Source: Lingula anatina (Eukaryota > Animalia > Brachiopoda). Taken from it: DNA of 64,000 bases. The stretch is taken from the NCBI GenBank assembly GCA_051362555.1, contig CM120644.1:10562567-10626566 (forward strand), written 5' to 3'. A program made the position numbers and the translations under genes. This document shows positions 1 to 12,611 of this stretch, in pieces (the first letter of the stretch is position 1; each line of letters begins with the position of its first letter). The notes under the pieces are model-generated. The model searched no databases. It was not told the origin of the DNA and worked only from the letters and a program-made list of their open reading frames with translations.

Positions 1-278
1 ACTTATAATGCCTGGTCTACTTATAATGTGACTAATGAGTATAAAACCGCTATACCATGGAATTGTATTGTTGGTCTTGTACATGTACAGCAAATGTTAT
101 TCCTGTCTTCCTCCAATATGACAAGATACAGGCAATTATATAACGGTTATAGGTGCAAGTTATTAACCTGAAGAGGCGGAATATAAGCAATGTCAGAATA
201 TCGATACAATTAAATTGTTCAGTCAGAACCGTGCAGAGGGTCTGATCTCGGTATAGAAACACTGGATCAAGAGACAAA

Positions 279-1323
279 TTGCCTCTGATGGGTCGTCCAA
301 GAAAAAATACTGGCCGTGAAGACCGACGACTGATTTTGATGTCCAGGTTGTCAAAGTTCGACACTGCTTGTCAGTTGACAACACAGTGGAACAATTTCAC
401 ACATAAGAATGTGTCTGTGAAAATTGCTAGGCGTCGGTTACATGTTCAGAGAGTGTACAGCAGGGTAGCAAGATTGAAACCTCTTATATCGTTACAAAAC
501 AGGCAACGTAGAGTAAACTAGGGTCAACAGGATCTGGAACTGGACAGTTCATGACAATTAGTCCTATATATATTTTTCTGATTAGTGTCGCTTTGGCCTG
601 ACCTCTGATGACAGACGGGTACTATGCTGGCAAACTGCTGGTAAAGCATTTGAACCACATGCACTTAATTTTCGAACCCGGAGCAGCATATTCGTCATGG
701 TGTGGGGCTGCATCAGCATCCATGGCTTGGGCGAATTGATAGTGGTTGATGGAAACATGAATCACTAGAAATATATCGATGTTTTGGAGTCAGGCTTGCT
801 ACCATCTATTACTAACATGTTTGGTGACAGGAATTATCCATTTGTTCACCAGGATGACAATGCTCCTTGTCACAGGCCCAGAGCAGTTGATGATTGGTTT
901 GACCAACAGGACATTCGCAGGGTGATGTGGCCTGCCCAGAGTCCGGATGCAAACATAATAGAAAATGTGTGGAATGATATGTCAAAACTTTTTACAAATG
1001 CCCGTCTAACCAGCAGAGAAACTCTGTTATATTCAGTGTTTCATGCTTGGGCCAGCATTAGCCCTGAACGCATCAGACAATTATATGAAATCTTGCTTCG
1101 TAGACTGGCACCTATTATTAGGTCACGTGGCTATGCCACTAAGTACTAATTTTGGACTTGAAACTGCATATTTTGGTAGAGTGTATATTTTGTTCTCATT
1201 TTGTGATTTTTTTGTGAAATTTGATGTTAATAAAATGATACCAGGAGCATATCATTCCGCAGTCATTTATCTCCCCCATAGTATTGGCTCAGTAGGGGTG
1301 ACACTTCTTTTGTCCAGTGTGTG
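279..1323 (+). mobile_element. Degenerate Tc1/mariner element (transposase pseudogene plus right terminal repeat)
   Basis: ORF fragments GRPRK..., VMVWGCIS (~696), QDDNAPCH...WPAQSPDANIIENVW...RGYATKY (784-1149) with stops/frameshifts; terminus ggggtgacacttcttttgtccagtgtg(tg) then TA at ~1295-1325. Confidence 0.9.
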
Positions 1324-1328
1324 TATAT

Positions 1329-1679
1329 AAGGTTGTCCCACCTTCAGTATCATGTGCTTTTATTCATAAATGATCACATCATAGGTGAAGATTGTTATAA
1401 ATAGTGATTTTCATTCCAAATACCATAACTAACATGATTAGTCAGACAGAAAACACAAACTAGCAGTGAAGATATCAATATTTAATACACTGTAAAAACA
1501 GTGTTTAGCTCCGAGACACATTTCTAAGCGCCGGTTTTGTCTCATTTTTTCCACGCGTTTAACACCTAAGCACGTTTAGCCTATTAACATGTTACACGCT
1601 TTGACGTGCTTGACGCCTAATATATGTAGGGTGTATTTGTTTAACTTTAAGGTTGTAACGTTTTCAACTGTTTCAGTCA

Positions 1680-1716
<37 letters not shown>

Positions 1717-3178
1717 GCGCGCGAAGTCACGGTCACCTTTAACTGCTATAGCTATAGCTGTCTCTATCTATAAGAGGGTACCGTGAACTGTCAACATAGT
1801 TGATTCACACCATTATCTTTACAGCGGGACTTATTCATCCTTGTGTTAGCTGACCTTGCGAGGAAGTTAATTGGAATATATTTCTGAAAAAACAAGTTAG
1901 GAAAATTCACTAGTTTACTAAAGACACGAAACAACTATCAGTTTTACTTTAAAACATTTCTTTCATATTTTGATAAAATGCGTTAAGGTATTGATGTTCA
2001 TTTATTTTTTCCGGAAGTAATGAACAATAGAACATCAGGATGATGGTGGGGTATTCATTATAATGGTTTATTAAAGCTTTCATCACATGCTGGTTATTTT
2101 GGTAACGATAGTCCGAATATTTTTCAAATCGCACCGCTCTAGTCGCCGACTAACCCAAGCCCATTTTGGTATTAACCGCTGTAGTTCATACAGCATAAGC
2201 CGTGTTTTGGTGATTAATAAAAAAGTTTTCAAATCATTAAATAATGTTTTTCCAGAATGTTATAATACGCTTATAAAACTGCAATGGCATCATTTTGCAT
2301 GGAGTTAAAAACACCCATAACGTTACCATGATGTTATTCTATACCATCACCATCATCACGTCTTGAAAACGTTATTTGTTATTTGGATTATTACTTAATA
2401 GGCCTATTTTAAATAATCACAAGTTACTGCAAGGAAGGACACAACGCGTTCGAGCAGGCTGCTTCTCGCCTCTAACAGCCCCATATGTTTACAAAGGGAA
2501 GTGTTAAGCAAAATTGTTGAGTCTTGTAATAAACTTGTTATGGGATCGTATATATGGGATTGTGAAGCATTTTTTCTGTGACGAGCTTGAAAAGCTAAAC
2601 GTTGTTTAGCAGCTCCACGCGTTAAGGAATTCCACACCTATAGCAACTCCATATGTTTAGCAGCCTCACGCGCTTAGCAGGGGAAGTGCTTAGCCAATGT
2701 GCTTAGCTTGTGATAGACATGTTATAGAATCATATGCCGGTGAAGCTAAACACATAGCTAAACGTGAAACAATGCCAACGTGTCTAGCTTTTTCTTCTTT
2801 GAAACGTTTGAAAAGCTATACGCGTTTAGCATTTACTCAGATTTCTAAATGCGTATAGGTGCCTAACGTGTGTTGTATGCATTTAAATGCTAAACACTGT
2901 TTTTACAGTGTACCATTTATTCACATTTACCCCCTCAAATTCGACGTTTCACTGTTATTTTCACAGAGGTAAAGAAATGTCCACTAAATTGAAATGACAC
3001 CGCCAAATGTCACCAAATTTACACACATTTACCATTAGGGTGTGCTCGTTAAAGGCTCATTGTCTAATAGCGTTTGTGTTCACCGCGTACTGTAATTACC
3101 TCCTGTAGGTGGCGCGGCATGCCTTCAACAAGGGTAACAATTCTGTTTTATGGGATATTGCCCCATTCTTGCTAAAAA
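1329..3178 (-). mobile_element. 3' end of a second Tc1 family, split by an inserted CACTA-like element
   Basis: 1329-1487 + 2911-3178 match 6728-7160 and the reverse complement of 7920-8356, which encodes the Tc1 C-terminus. Confidence 0.8.
1488..2910. mobile_element. Non-autonomous CACTA/EnSpm-like DNA transposon
   Basis: 22-bp TIR CACTGTAAAAACAGTGTTTAGC / GCTAAACACTGTTTTTACAGTG; TA duplicated (1486-87, 2911-12) while the empty site near 6883 has a single TA; many subterminal GCTAAAC/GTTTAGC repeats. Confidence 0.8.
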
Positions 3179-3197
3179 GAGAAGAATGAGAAATATT

Positions 3198-3273
3198 TAC
3201 AACAACAACGACGACAACAACAACAATAGCAACAACAACGACACCACCACTACCACCACCACCACCACCACCA

Positions 3274-3317
<44 letters not shown>
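3198..3317. repeat. Compound microsatellite (AAC)n(ACC)n(ATT)n
   Basis: Seen directly. Confidence 0.95.
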
Positions 3318-3489
3318 GTGAATAACAGTTAACAGCTTATTCGCAGATGAATTTCCTTTGCTTGCTTGAGAGAGAAGGCAGGGTAAGTCGATTATTTTAC
3401 GGCATTTATATATATGGTCACGTATACTTATGTACATTTTTGTTGTTAATTTTATTTATTATTATTTTTTTTTTTTTTTTGTATTTCAG

Positions 3490-5278
3490 ACGACCAAGGA
3501 GATGAGCTCTACACCGATGGGTCAGAAAACCCTAGGCTTTCTTTCAGAGCGCTGTTGAATTTTTGCGATCTACATGTAGATTCCGATCCAACCGTTGACG
3601 ATGAGTTGCCGGTAAGAGCATCTTTAATATTTATAAGTATTTTTGAGACAGTGCGCACCACATGCACCTACGTTTGTTTTTAAACATCAAACTGTTTACT
3701 GGTGATTTTACGTCAAATTACTCATGCATATCTAATAAAAAAAAACATGATGTAATTTTTTATCATCCAAGTTGAAGTTATTCTGATCATTGTTCTGTAT
3801 CCATGTTCTAATAGGCGTCTTGCAAGTCTGCTTGCGTCCGTAATCAATCTATTCCAATTTTCCCACTTCATACTGAGCCATATTTCTAGCCGACCCATTT
3901 GGAATCTAGCTTTACAGTGCATAGATTGTGTAAAAACAGACTATCATTCTAATTCTAATTTCAAGAGGGGACCAGAAATCGAAGGGGGGCGGGGATCAGG
4001 ACCCCTTGACCCCCCTCTAAATCCACCACTGTATAAATGTGGTCATGCTTTCGGCATGACCGTCAAATTTAAGATATTTGGTGAAACTGCCCATGAACTG
4101 CCGGATGAACAATGGTTGACTCCTTCTTGGGGTAAGGAAATATAGTCAATAGTTTACGCTTGAAAAATGTATGCCGTGGCCATGCACAAAGTAGTAAGAA
4201 CTCAAAATCGACCATTAGTTTTAGCTTGAAGACCTAGTTATCGGCTTGTCTTGACTCAAGATACGTCAGTGGTTCGCCAGTAAATATAAGTAACAATTAT
4301 TACAGTGAATGTTGTTCTACGTTTGCGTTTCCTCACCCAAATTAGGGGGGCACGTTTTAATGGCCACATGGAAGGCACAAGGACAAGAAAAATATGGGTG
4401 TTCATGAATAGTCATGCTTTTTGACACTTCTTATGTATGGAAATAAATGCAGCACAAGTCCTTAACATTAGCCTTGCCTTTTACATAAACATGTTTGAAA
4501 ATCTAGGTCATAAATATTTTATTTGAACAGAATCTCGCTACTTTACCTTGGGTCAAAGTATACCAAAATGTTGGTACAAGTACGAAAGATCGGGGACACC
4601 TTTTCACATGTACATTTTGTTTGTACAACAGATATACTCTAGCCTAGTTCCGACCTGTAGTTATTTAGGTTCAGCTAGCTAATTGTCTGTTTTCTAATGT
4701 ATTTGCAGCACTCAAATCAGCAGGAAACCTGTCCTCCTGGTTATGTGAACGACGGAAAAGACTGTCAGGCTGTACTCTACAACATAACGACAATCAAACA
4801 TGATTTGTTTGTGGAGTTTGAACCTGTAAACTGGCGTCCGACAAAAGAGTTTGAATGTATCACACTTCTGTATAATGAGCGGTTGGTGCACGTGTTTGTC
4901 AAAGCAGGTGCGCATTTCTATCGATGCAGAGCAAACGAAAATTCGCAAACGGGCAACGTAACATTTGTTCTCACCGCGTCACTTCAACTGAGGGAACTTT
5001 TCTCCGACTACAGTCAAGTTCGCAAAATCGTCCCTTGTGTGCAGGCCGACATTGAGCGTGATTTGACTAACATGACGTTTCATCTTGAAGGAAAACCGAT
5101 CCAGATACGTGTAAGATATAGCAAAACGTGTGTTTCCTATGTCACCCCTGTACCAAGTCCGAAAAATTATGAAATAACCACTTTTGGCACCTCCGCTAAG
5201 ACCAGTAGCGGCAACTGTGGTCCCTTCAACAAGATGGTGTTGGTCTTGGCTTGGTTAACAACCACATTCTTGTACTGA
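3490..5278 (+). CDS. 3' exons of SMB-like Cys-rich surface protein, copy 1 (exons 3490-3611, 4709-5278; exon 1 not in window); probable GPI anchor
   Basis: 122-bp exon homologous to 12697-12818 with AG/GT; last exon HSNQQETCPPGYVNDGKDC... homologous to 13337-13592; ends TSSGN...MVLVLAWLTTTFLY* (small residues then hydrophobic tail). Confidence 0.75.
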
Positions 5279-5389
5279 GCATCAGACACTGAAACTTTAC
5301 ACTGTATATCGAACTTGGGATCATCTTGACACTTACATGTTCGCTCAGTGTCAACAATTATCCTTTGTAAGTAAAATGCATTTTAAGGT

Positions 5390-6343
5390 TAGGCGTGTTG
5401 TTTAGAGAAGGGGGTCTCTCAAAAGTTATGGTGATCGGGCTTTTACAATCTAAGCCGGGGAGTGTCACCCTGAGCTTCAGAGCTAACTTGACACTAACCT
5501 TTTCACTGTAGCCTATCTCCATCGTGTCAAGTAACCTCTGACGAAAATAGTTTGACCTATTTTATATAAGCCAATCGAATCCATGTTTCAAAATTTTTCA
5601 CCAAAGTTTGGTGAAAACGCTGATTGGTTGATCGTCAATCGGCAATCCTCGGCTGATTCCGCAAGCTCCATACTAACAACATAGTTATTGTCGAGTGCGG
5701 AGACATCCGAGTAGTTCCGAGTGGTTCCGAGTGCATAACCGTACACAAAGAAAGCATGGAGTATATCGGAATTGAAACCAGAGCAGTATGATGCCCTGCA
5801 TCATTATCTACTGAGGGATGATGTATTTTGCGTGCTGCCCACAGGTTACGGCAAGTCCCTGATATTCAGCCTTATCTTTGATTGGTCCGGATTTCAACAA
5901 AGCGCGCTTTGACTCGTTCGCGTTCATTGGCTAGATCGTTCAATGAGTCATTGAGTGCGGGCTTTAAATTTGATTGGCGGGCGGCGGGGGCACTCGAATC
6001 TGGTCAGAGGTTACTTGACACGATGGAGATAGGCTACACTGAAAAGGTTAGTGTCAAGTTAGCTCTGAAGCTCAGGGTGGGGAGTGTGGAATGCGTTACC
6101 AAATTCTGTTAGAACAGCAGAAGACTTTGACAGTTTTAAATCCCATCTAAGGACCCACATTTTTAAATCTGTCTATTGCTCTTAGATTTTTTTTCATATA
6201 TATTTTAATAAGATTGAGTTTTTAATAGTGTTAATTTTAAATGGTTTCCGATGAGTGTTTTAGATAAAAAAATTGTAGTAATTTTAATAATTTTAGTTAT
6301 ATTATCTACCATTTGTAAGGCGCCATATAAGAAGCTGTTTATA

Positions 6344-6388
<45 letters not shown>

Positions 6389-6391
6389 TAT
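5390..6391 (+). mobile_element. 3' fragment of an L2/CR1-type LINE with (ATT)n tail, interrupted by a DNA element
   Basis: KSYGDRAF before 5458 and WNALPNSVRTAEDFDSFKSHLRTHIF after 6087 match the L2 ORF2 C-terminus; (ATT)n tail at 6343-6391. Confidence 0.75.
5466..6079 (+). mobile_element. Non-autonomous TIR element carrying a RecQ-helicase fragment (AcademH-like)
   Basis: ~76-bp TIRs with 1 mismatch; 8-bp direct repeat GGGAGTGT at 5458-65 and 6080-87; 5769-5867 reads ELKPEQYDALHHYLLRDDVFCVLPTGYGKSLIF (RecQ Q motif and motif I). Confidence 0.8.
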
Positions 6392-6727
6392 ATGAAGTAT
6401 GTTTAATTTTTGTTAAAACGCTCTAAGGCCACTATCGCAAAGTAGGATTTATGTGAACTCGACTGTCTGGGTTTAGCAGTGTGTGGTAAGCCGACACACT
6501 GAATGTTAGAGTAGAAATTGTCCCTGGTATCTTAGAGGCGCAGATCGTTGAAGTAACTTTGCACCTAACTTGATTTGATGTTGATTTAATGTTGATTCAT
6601 TGTTGATTTAACGTTGACAGGTTGGTCTTTCAAATTCTGATTCAGTGATGTATAGATTGCAATTTGATTAAAATACCGACATGAATTCAACATTTATATT
6701 TCAACCATAATACAACATTGTCAAAAA

Positions 6728-7430
6728 GGTTGTCCCACCCCCAGTTTCATTTGCTTTTATTTATACATGATCAAATCACAAGAGTAAATTGCTATGAATG
6801 GCGATTTTCTTTACAGATACCATAACCAACATGATTATTGATACAGAAAATACAAACTAGCAGTTGAGATATCCATATTCAATACCATTTATTCACATTT
6901 ATCACATGTACCCCCTCAAATCCGACGTTCCACTGTCATTTCCACGGAGGTAAAGAAATGCCCATTAAATTGAAATGACACCATCAAAGTCACCAAATGT
7001 GCAAACATTTAGCATTAGGGTGTGCTCGTTAACGGTCACGTGTCTATTAGCGTGTGTGGCTACCGCTCACCGTAATCATCTACTGTAGACGGCGCCATTG
7101 CCTTCAACAAGGGTAACAATTCTGTTTTGTGGGATTTTTCCCCATGTCTCCTAAAAAGCTTGGCGGATTGGTCCGGACTAGTTGCAGTTATGTTCTCTGG
7201 ATTGCTCACTTCAATTCATGCCACTGGTGCTTAGTAGGTTTATTATCAGGATTCAAAGATGGTTTCTCCAGCCTCAGAACATTGGGTTTCTGCAACAAAT
7301 CACTCACCACATGATAACTGTGTGCAAGTGTGGTGTCATGATGAAGCCTGGATCACCCCCGAAGTCCCCTCTTGCAGATGGAATGAGGTATTAGTTGAGA
7401 ATGTCAGGTTCAGTGACTCCAGAACTACCA
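6728..7430 (-). mobile_element. Tc1 transposase 3' relic with terminal repeat (left arm of fold-back)
   Basis: Diverged reverse complement of 7650-8354; terminus GGTTGTCCCACC. Confidence 0.8.
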
Positions 7431-7449
7431 GAACTTTGTCAACCGTCAC

Positions 7450-8356
7450 TAGGAACCAGTTGGTTTTGCTGAAGAATCAAGGTATTTCTTGTATGCCTTC
7501 GATGGTCAAATTTGGACCCGTGGACATGTTGCAGAATGCTTTTTGGAAGATTTGTGCAGGCTAATATCGCCTGAGGTGTCAGGCCAGACCACGTTTGGAG
7601 AGAATTCCAAGCCGATGATTTCAGTGCGTTGTTCTTTCCGGAAAAGAACGTTATTGGGGCAATTCACTGAAACGTTCTCAACAAATATATCACTCCATTT
7701 GCAAGAGGTGACTTCAGGGATACTACAGGCGTCATCGTGGAAATGCACGTGCTCACAACTCTCGTCTGCTGAGTGATTTGTTGCAGAAACCCCGCGTTCA
7801 GAGGATAGAGCAACCACCTTTGAGTCACGTTATTAACCTTACTAAATATCTGTGGCATGAATTTAAGTGTGCAATGCAAAGGAAAACCAAAGTCCTAACA
7901 ATCTGGACCAACTCCTCCAAGCTCTTTAGGAAGAATGGGACAATATCCCATAAAACAGAATTGTTACCCTTGTTGAAGGCAGACCGCGCCACCTACAGGA
8001 GGTAATTACAGTGCGCGGTGAACACAAACGCTATTAGACACGTGGCCTTTAACGAGCACACCCTAATGCTAAAAGTGTGTAAATTTGGTGACATTTGGTG
8101 GTGTTATTTCAATTTAATGAACATTTCTTTACCTCTGTGAAAATCACAGTGAAATGTCGGATTTGAGGGGGTACGTGTAATAAATATGAATAAATGGTAT
8201 TAAATATTGATATCTTCACTGCTAGTTTGTGTTTTCTGTCTGACTAATCATGTTAGTTATGGTATTTGGAATGAAAATCACTATTTATAGCAATCTGCGC
8301 ATGTGATGTGATCATTTATAAATAAAAGCACATAATACTAAAGGTGGGACAACCTT
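7450..8356 (+). mobile_element. Tc1 transposase relic, DDE region to terminal repeat (right arm of fold-back)
   Basis: FAEESRYFLYAFDGQIW (~7466), GNARAH, YLWHEFK, PNNLDQLLQAL*EEWDNIP*NRIVTLVEGRPRHLQEVITVRGEHKRY*; terminus GGTGGGACAACC. Confidence 0.85.
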
Positions 8357-8570
8357 AATTTGTCATCAGAGACATCGCCTCAAGTTGAAAAAGTTATAAA
8401 AAGAACAATCAATCCCTTTCTAAATAAATAGATGTGAAGTTTTAGTAAAAAAAAACCCTAGATGTTAATGAAAATAGTTGTGGATAGGTACAATAAAAAC
8501 TAAGTACTGCAAAAATTGCAAATTTATAACTCAAACGGGCTACATCACTGCATGATAGAAACTTGTAATT

Positions 8571-8615
<45 letters not shown>

Positions 8616-10481
8616 GAATAAGAACGTTTAACCCTTCAACTAAGAGGCTGAAGAAAAACATGCGTGATCTGAAGATAATTTTAGTAAACGTTGAAACATC
8701 TTGAAAAACCAAACCAATACTTTCAATTGGATTTCCAAACTTATTCATTTGGGTAGCAAATCATTACCGAGATCACCATAAAATTTGGTAAAGAAAAAGA
8801 AAATAAATGAATTCTAAGGTGAAGGCAAAAGTGCTCAATTTTTTATAACAGCTGGAGAGCTGGAAAAGATCTCTGGTATAGACTAGACCGAGGAAAAGGA
8901 GAATTTACTTCAAATTAAGCTTTATTTTCATGATGCAATGGATAATACTTGTAAATGTATTGTGATACCTCCTCATACTTAGCACCTGTAACATCACGCT
9001 TCTCGCTGACTATTACATAATTAAGATAAAATGACAAAAGGCCTCCATTACCTACACAAGTGATTTTAACACATTATCACGATTTGCCTATTCAACATTC
9101 TACCTGTATATAAGGAAACCCATTAACTGTCATCAGTGATGTAATCGGTCTAATTTTTCTCGACAGAAAATTGATAACAATGTCGTTGAATACAACAGTT
9201 ACACTGATGTAGGTACAGGGAAACTCCAGAGACCGATCTGCCCGGGAGCCTCTGACGAATAGAAGATGCAGCGGCTTTAAAATAATTAAGGGGGATATTT
9301 ATCGCATATGATAACAGAATACTGCAGTACTGCCATTTCCCTCCTATTTTTACCAATTTCATTTCTTTTTTTTTTTCTTTTTTTTTTTTTTTGGGGGGGG
9401 GGGCGATGCATACCGTTACGCATCGTTTTTCTACACTAATGAGAAGTACATGTTACATGTTTAAAGATGCATATGAAGCCAATATTTTGCCACCAAAAAA
9501 ACGACCAAATGCCAGCATATTGTTTCAAATAGTATAACTAAGAAAATTAATATTACCCGAAAGTGATATTTGAACGGATTTTTCTGCTAGCTTTCTGTAT
9601 GCTGTATGCTGTATATAAAGAGGGCATGCAGAAAAGTAGGTCAGATAAATAGGTTAAATTTATGACCAAAAATTTAAAGAAAGCAATAGTCTAAAGCTCT
9701 TTTATTGCTTATCGAGTGATTTATTCAGTTTATCTCTTAGCATGTCGAATTTATTTGAGTTAATTGTATAAGAAACTACGTGGTTTAAATGTAATAGTGG
9801 GAACCTACGCTCTGTTCATATGTACATTTAAGTACAAACGGTGAGCGAAACTAAGGATTCGGCTGTTGTTTGAGGACGCCCACCCGGAGTCCATATAATG
9901 AGATCAATGTTTTTATCGCAACTTAATTGAGGCGCTGTTCCTATAGACAGCATCGGTCTACGCATATCGATACGACTTTGCTGGGATTCTTGCTGAGCAG
10001 TGCGATCAGCTTAATAGATTTACACACACTTTTATGTCTTAAGTAGATTACAAAAAGCTGCTGATTGGGCGAGTACTGCCATTTAGTACTCGTACAAACA
10101 CCGCAGAGAAGGCAGATGGTGTCGGTGGCAATGGGGCCCGAATTATGATGATACAAGTAAACATGGGTATTTTTCCCGTAGTTGTGAACGTTTTATGTCG
10201 TTGTTTGTTTGACAGTTTATGTACCTTAGAGCTCTCGAATGCGCGATGATACATCACTTTCACGAAACAGGGCTTTAAATGCATTTCTACGCAGCCACGA
10301 TGAAATTAGAGAATACCACAATCGAAACATTAGTGGAAAAATAATACCCACGCCTATCTCCTGAAATTAATGTGTTCATCAAGTGGCATTTCGTGACACA
10401 CGTGTTGTACTTTACATGATGTGCCTTTTCCAGAACACGGTTGACTGAAGTGCATGTAGCAGTTTTATAATTTCACAGGTG

Positions 10482-10488
10482 TATATAA
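10482..10488 (+). promoter_or_regulatory. Putative TATA box of SMB-like gene copy 2
   Basis: TATATAA ~75 bp upstream of ATG 10559. Confidence 0.4.
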
Positions 10489-10558
10489 GTGCCCTTGTTT
10501 TTGTGCTTTTACATATGAGCTCAGCATTGCCAAGGAAGTTCGAAGTTTCAACAAGAAC

Positions 10559-12270
10559 ATGAATTCTTACCGGGCATTTTTGGTAATAATCATGCTATCA
10601 ACCCCCTTTATCACTAAGGCGCAGTCGTCCTCCTACACAGACGGACAAGCCTCGGGCACTCTTCGGCCTCATAGATGGCTCTGTGGAGGAACTGTGTCGG
10701 GCAAAAAATTCGGCATCAAGGTCCACTGCTACTGTGACGACATTTGTCACCTGTTAAATGACTGTTGCTATGGTAACGCATTTACTGGGGAGATGTGTGC
10801 TGCCTCAGAAGAATTGGAACCTAATGAAGACGTCAACTACACTACGCCATCCGCACCACCTTTAAGACATCAGATTTCAAACCAGAATGGCAGTGTTTGG
10901 GCGCTTCATCCCCCTGGTCCCGTGTTGGTTGCCAATGTCAGTTCCTGTAGAAGTATTCCGTTCGTCTCTCCATTGACTGTACATGTACAGGAGACTGCCT
11001 ATATGAACCACGGCTCCAGTGCATGGATGGTGGATTCGTGTCCCCCAATGTGGCCACAGGACCATCAACGTTCGAGCTGCATGTATAATTCTGAAGTTTT
11101 GTTCGACGAAAACGTAACATTGCTCCAGCCAGTCACTGATCTGGATGCCATGATAACGTACAGGAACAAAGACTGTGCAGTTTGCAACGGGGTTGGAGAC
11201 CGTGGAGTCCCCTGGCGGTTCCAAGTCCAATGCAAGAACATACCGTTAGAATCATTTCTTACTTGCTCTTCATCCAGCTGTGTTCTAGAGAAACTTTGGG
11301 GCTTTAGAGAGTGTAAGGGATATTTTGAACCAAAGCCGGAGTGGCATGTAAGGTTTTGCTTCAGAGATGGAGCGAACGATGACTTAAGTCCATGCCCTTA
11401 TAACCTTATCAATAACACTTTGACGCAGGCCCATTACCCATATCCTCCAGACACACCTCTGCAAAAGGCCTGCATGGCGTACACAAATCCCGTCATTCGT
11501 AACCTTGATATTGGTTTCAAAGAGGTATACAGAAATTACCATTGCATGGTTTGTTACACAGGGACGACACACTGTCCAGGTAAGATATGCAACGTTCCCT
11601 TACAATTTTTTTTTTTATTTCAAAGATTAAGTGTAAAATTTAAATATATACCATGGGTGACACTGAGATTAACATCTCAAGACTAGCATTGCCTTTTTTG
11701 AATCATTTGTAGATACATATGAAGCGAGAGCAAGCACCCATTTCCTCATGAAAATTATAAAAGCAAATGTCATATGAGACATAACCCCCTCCTCCCCGTC
11801 CCCCGCAAAAATATCTATTTGGACAGCAGGAAATGCTTTAAAACTACAACTTCCTCAAAAAACTTGTAACCCCCCCCCCCCAACGTCCGTTTCTCTCTAG
11901 AAAATGAAAAAATTCATGTGCAAAGATAACAATTTCGTGAAATAATGTAACGACATTGTGCTATTTTCTTTCATTTGCACAATTTGAAACATGTACGGCT
12001 GGCTGTGACACTACGTAACCATGGGGTCGGGGCGTGCATGGCTGGTTGCGACATTACGTAACACTTAGAGTGTTTTTTTTTTTTCTTTTTCAAAATTTGC
12101 GATCATGTAACAAAACAGTCATAGACTTTGTATTTCGGAAAACTCCCTGATTTGATTTCCATTTGTCTTGCATTCAAAATTGTCGTGTAACAAAGCAATT
12201 ATAATACTCTGTGTTTCGGTAATCTCGACAAATTATCGACCCTCAGCTCATACATTTTTTCGAGTTGTCC

Positions 12271-12341
<71 letters not shown>

Positions 12342-12560
12342 TCCGCCAAGGAGGTTATGTTTTCACCCCTGTTTGTCTGTTTGTCATCAACATAACTCAA
12401 AAAGTTATAGACCGATTTTAATGAAAGTTTCAGGAACTGTCAAAAGTGGGCCAAGGAACAGATGATTAGTTTTTGGTGGTGATTAATAATCAATCAATAA
12501 TCAATAATAATCAAAAATTACTGCCTTGGCGGAGGTCTGCGCTCTCGGAGGGCTTTTCTA

Positions 12561-12611
<51 letters not shown>

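Noticed and set aside
3096-3437. Poly-Ile/Gly/Val and poly-Asn/Thr/Tyr ORFs
   Set aside because: Translations of microsatellites; same for ORFs at 12168, 20561, 30282, 38444 (5' part) and 63775
7259-7817. Two homologous antisense ORFs (VSATNHS...VENV) and a frame with TGA aligned to TGG, hinting at recoding
   Set aside because: Both arms are decayed Tc1 transposase; these are shadow frames of an inverted repeat
6728-8358. Kolobok-type element (GG...CC|TTAA)
   Set aside because: TTAA present at only one end and the interior encodes Tc1 motifs
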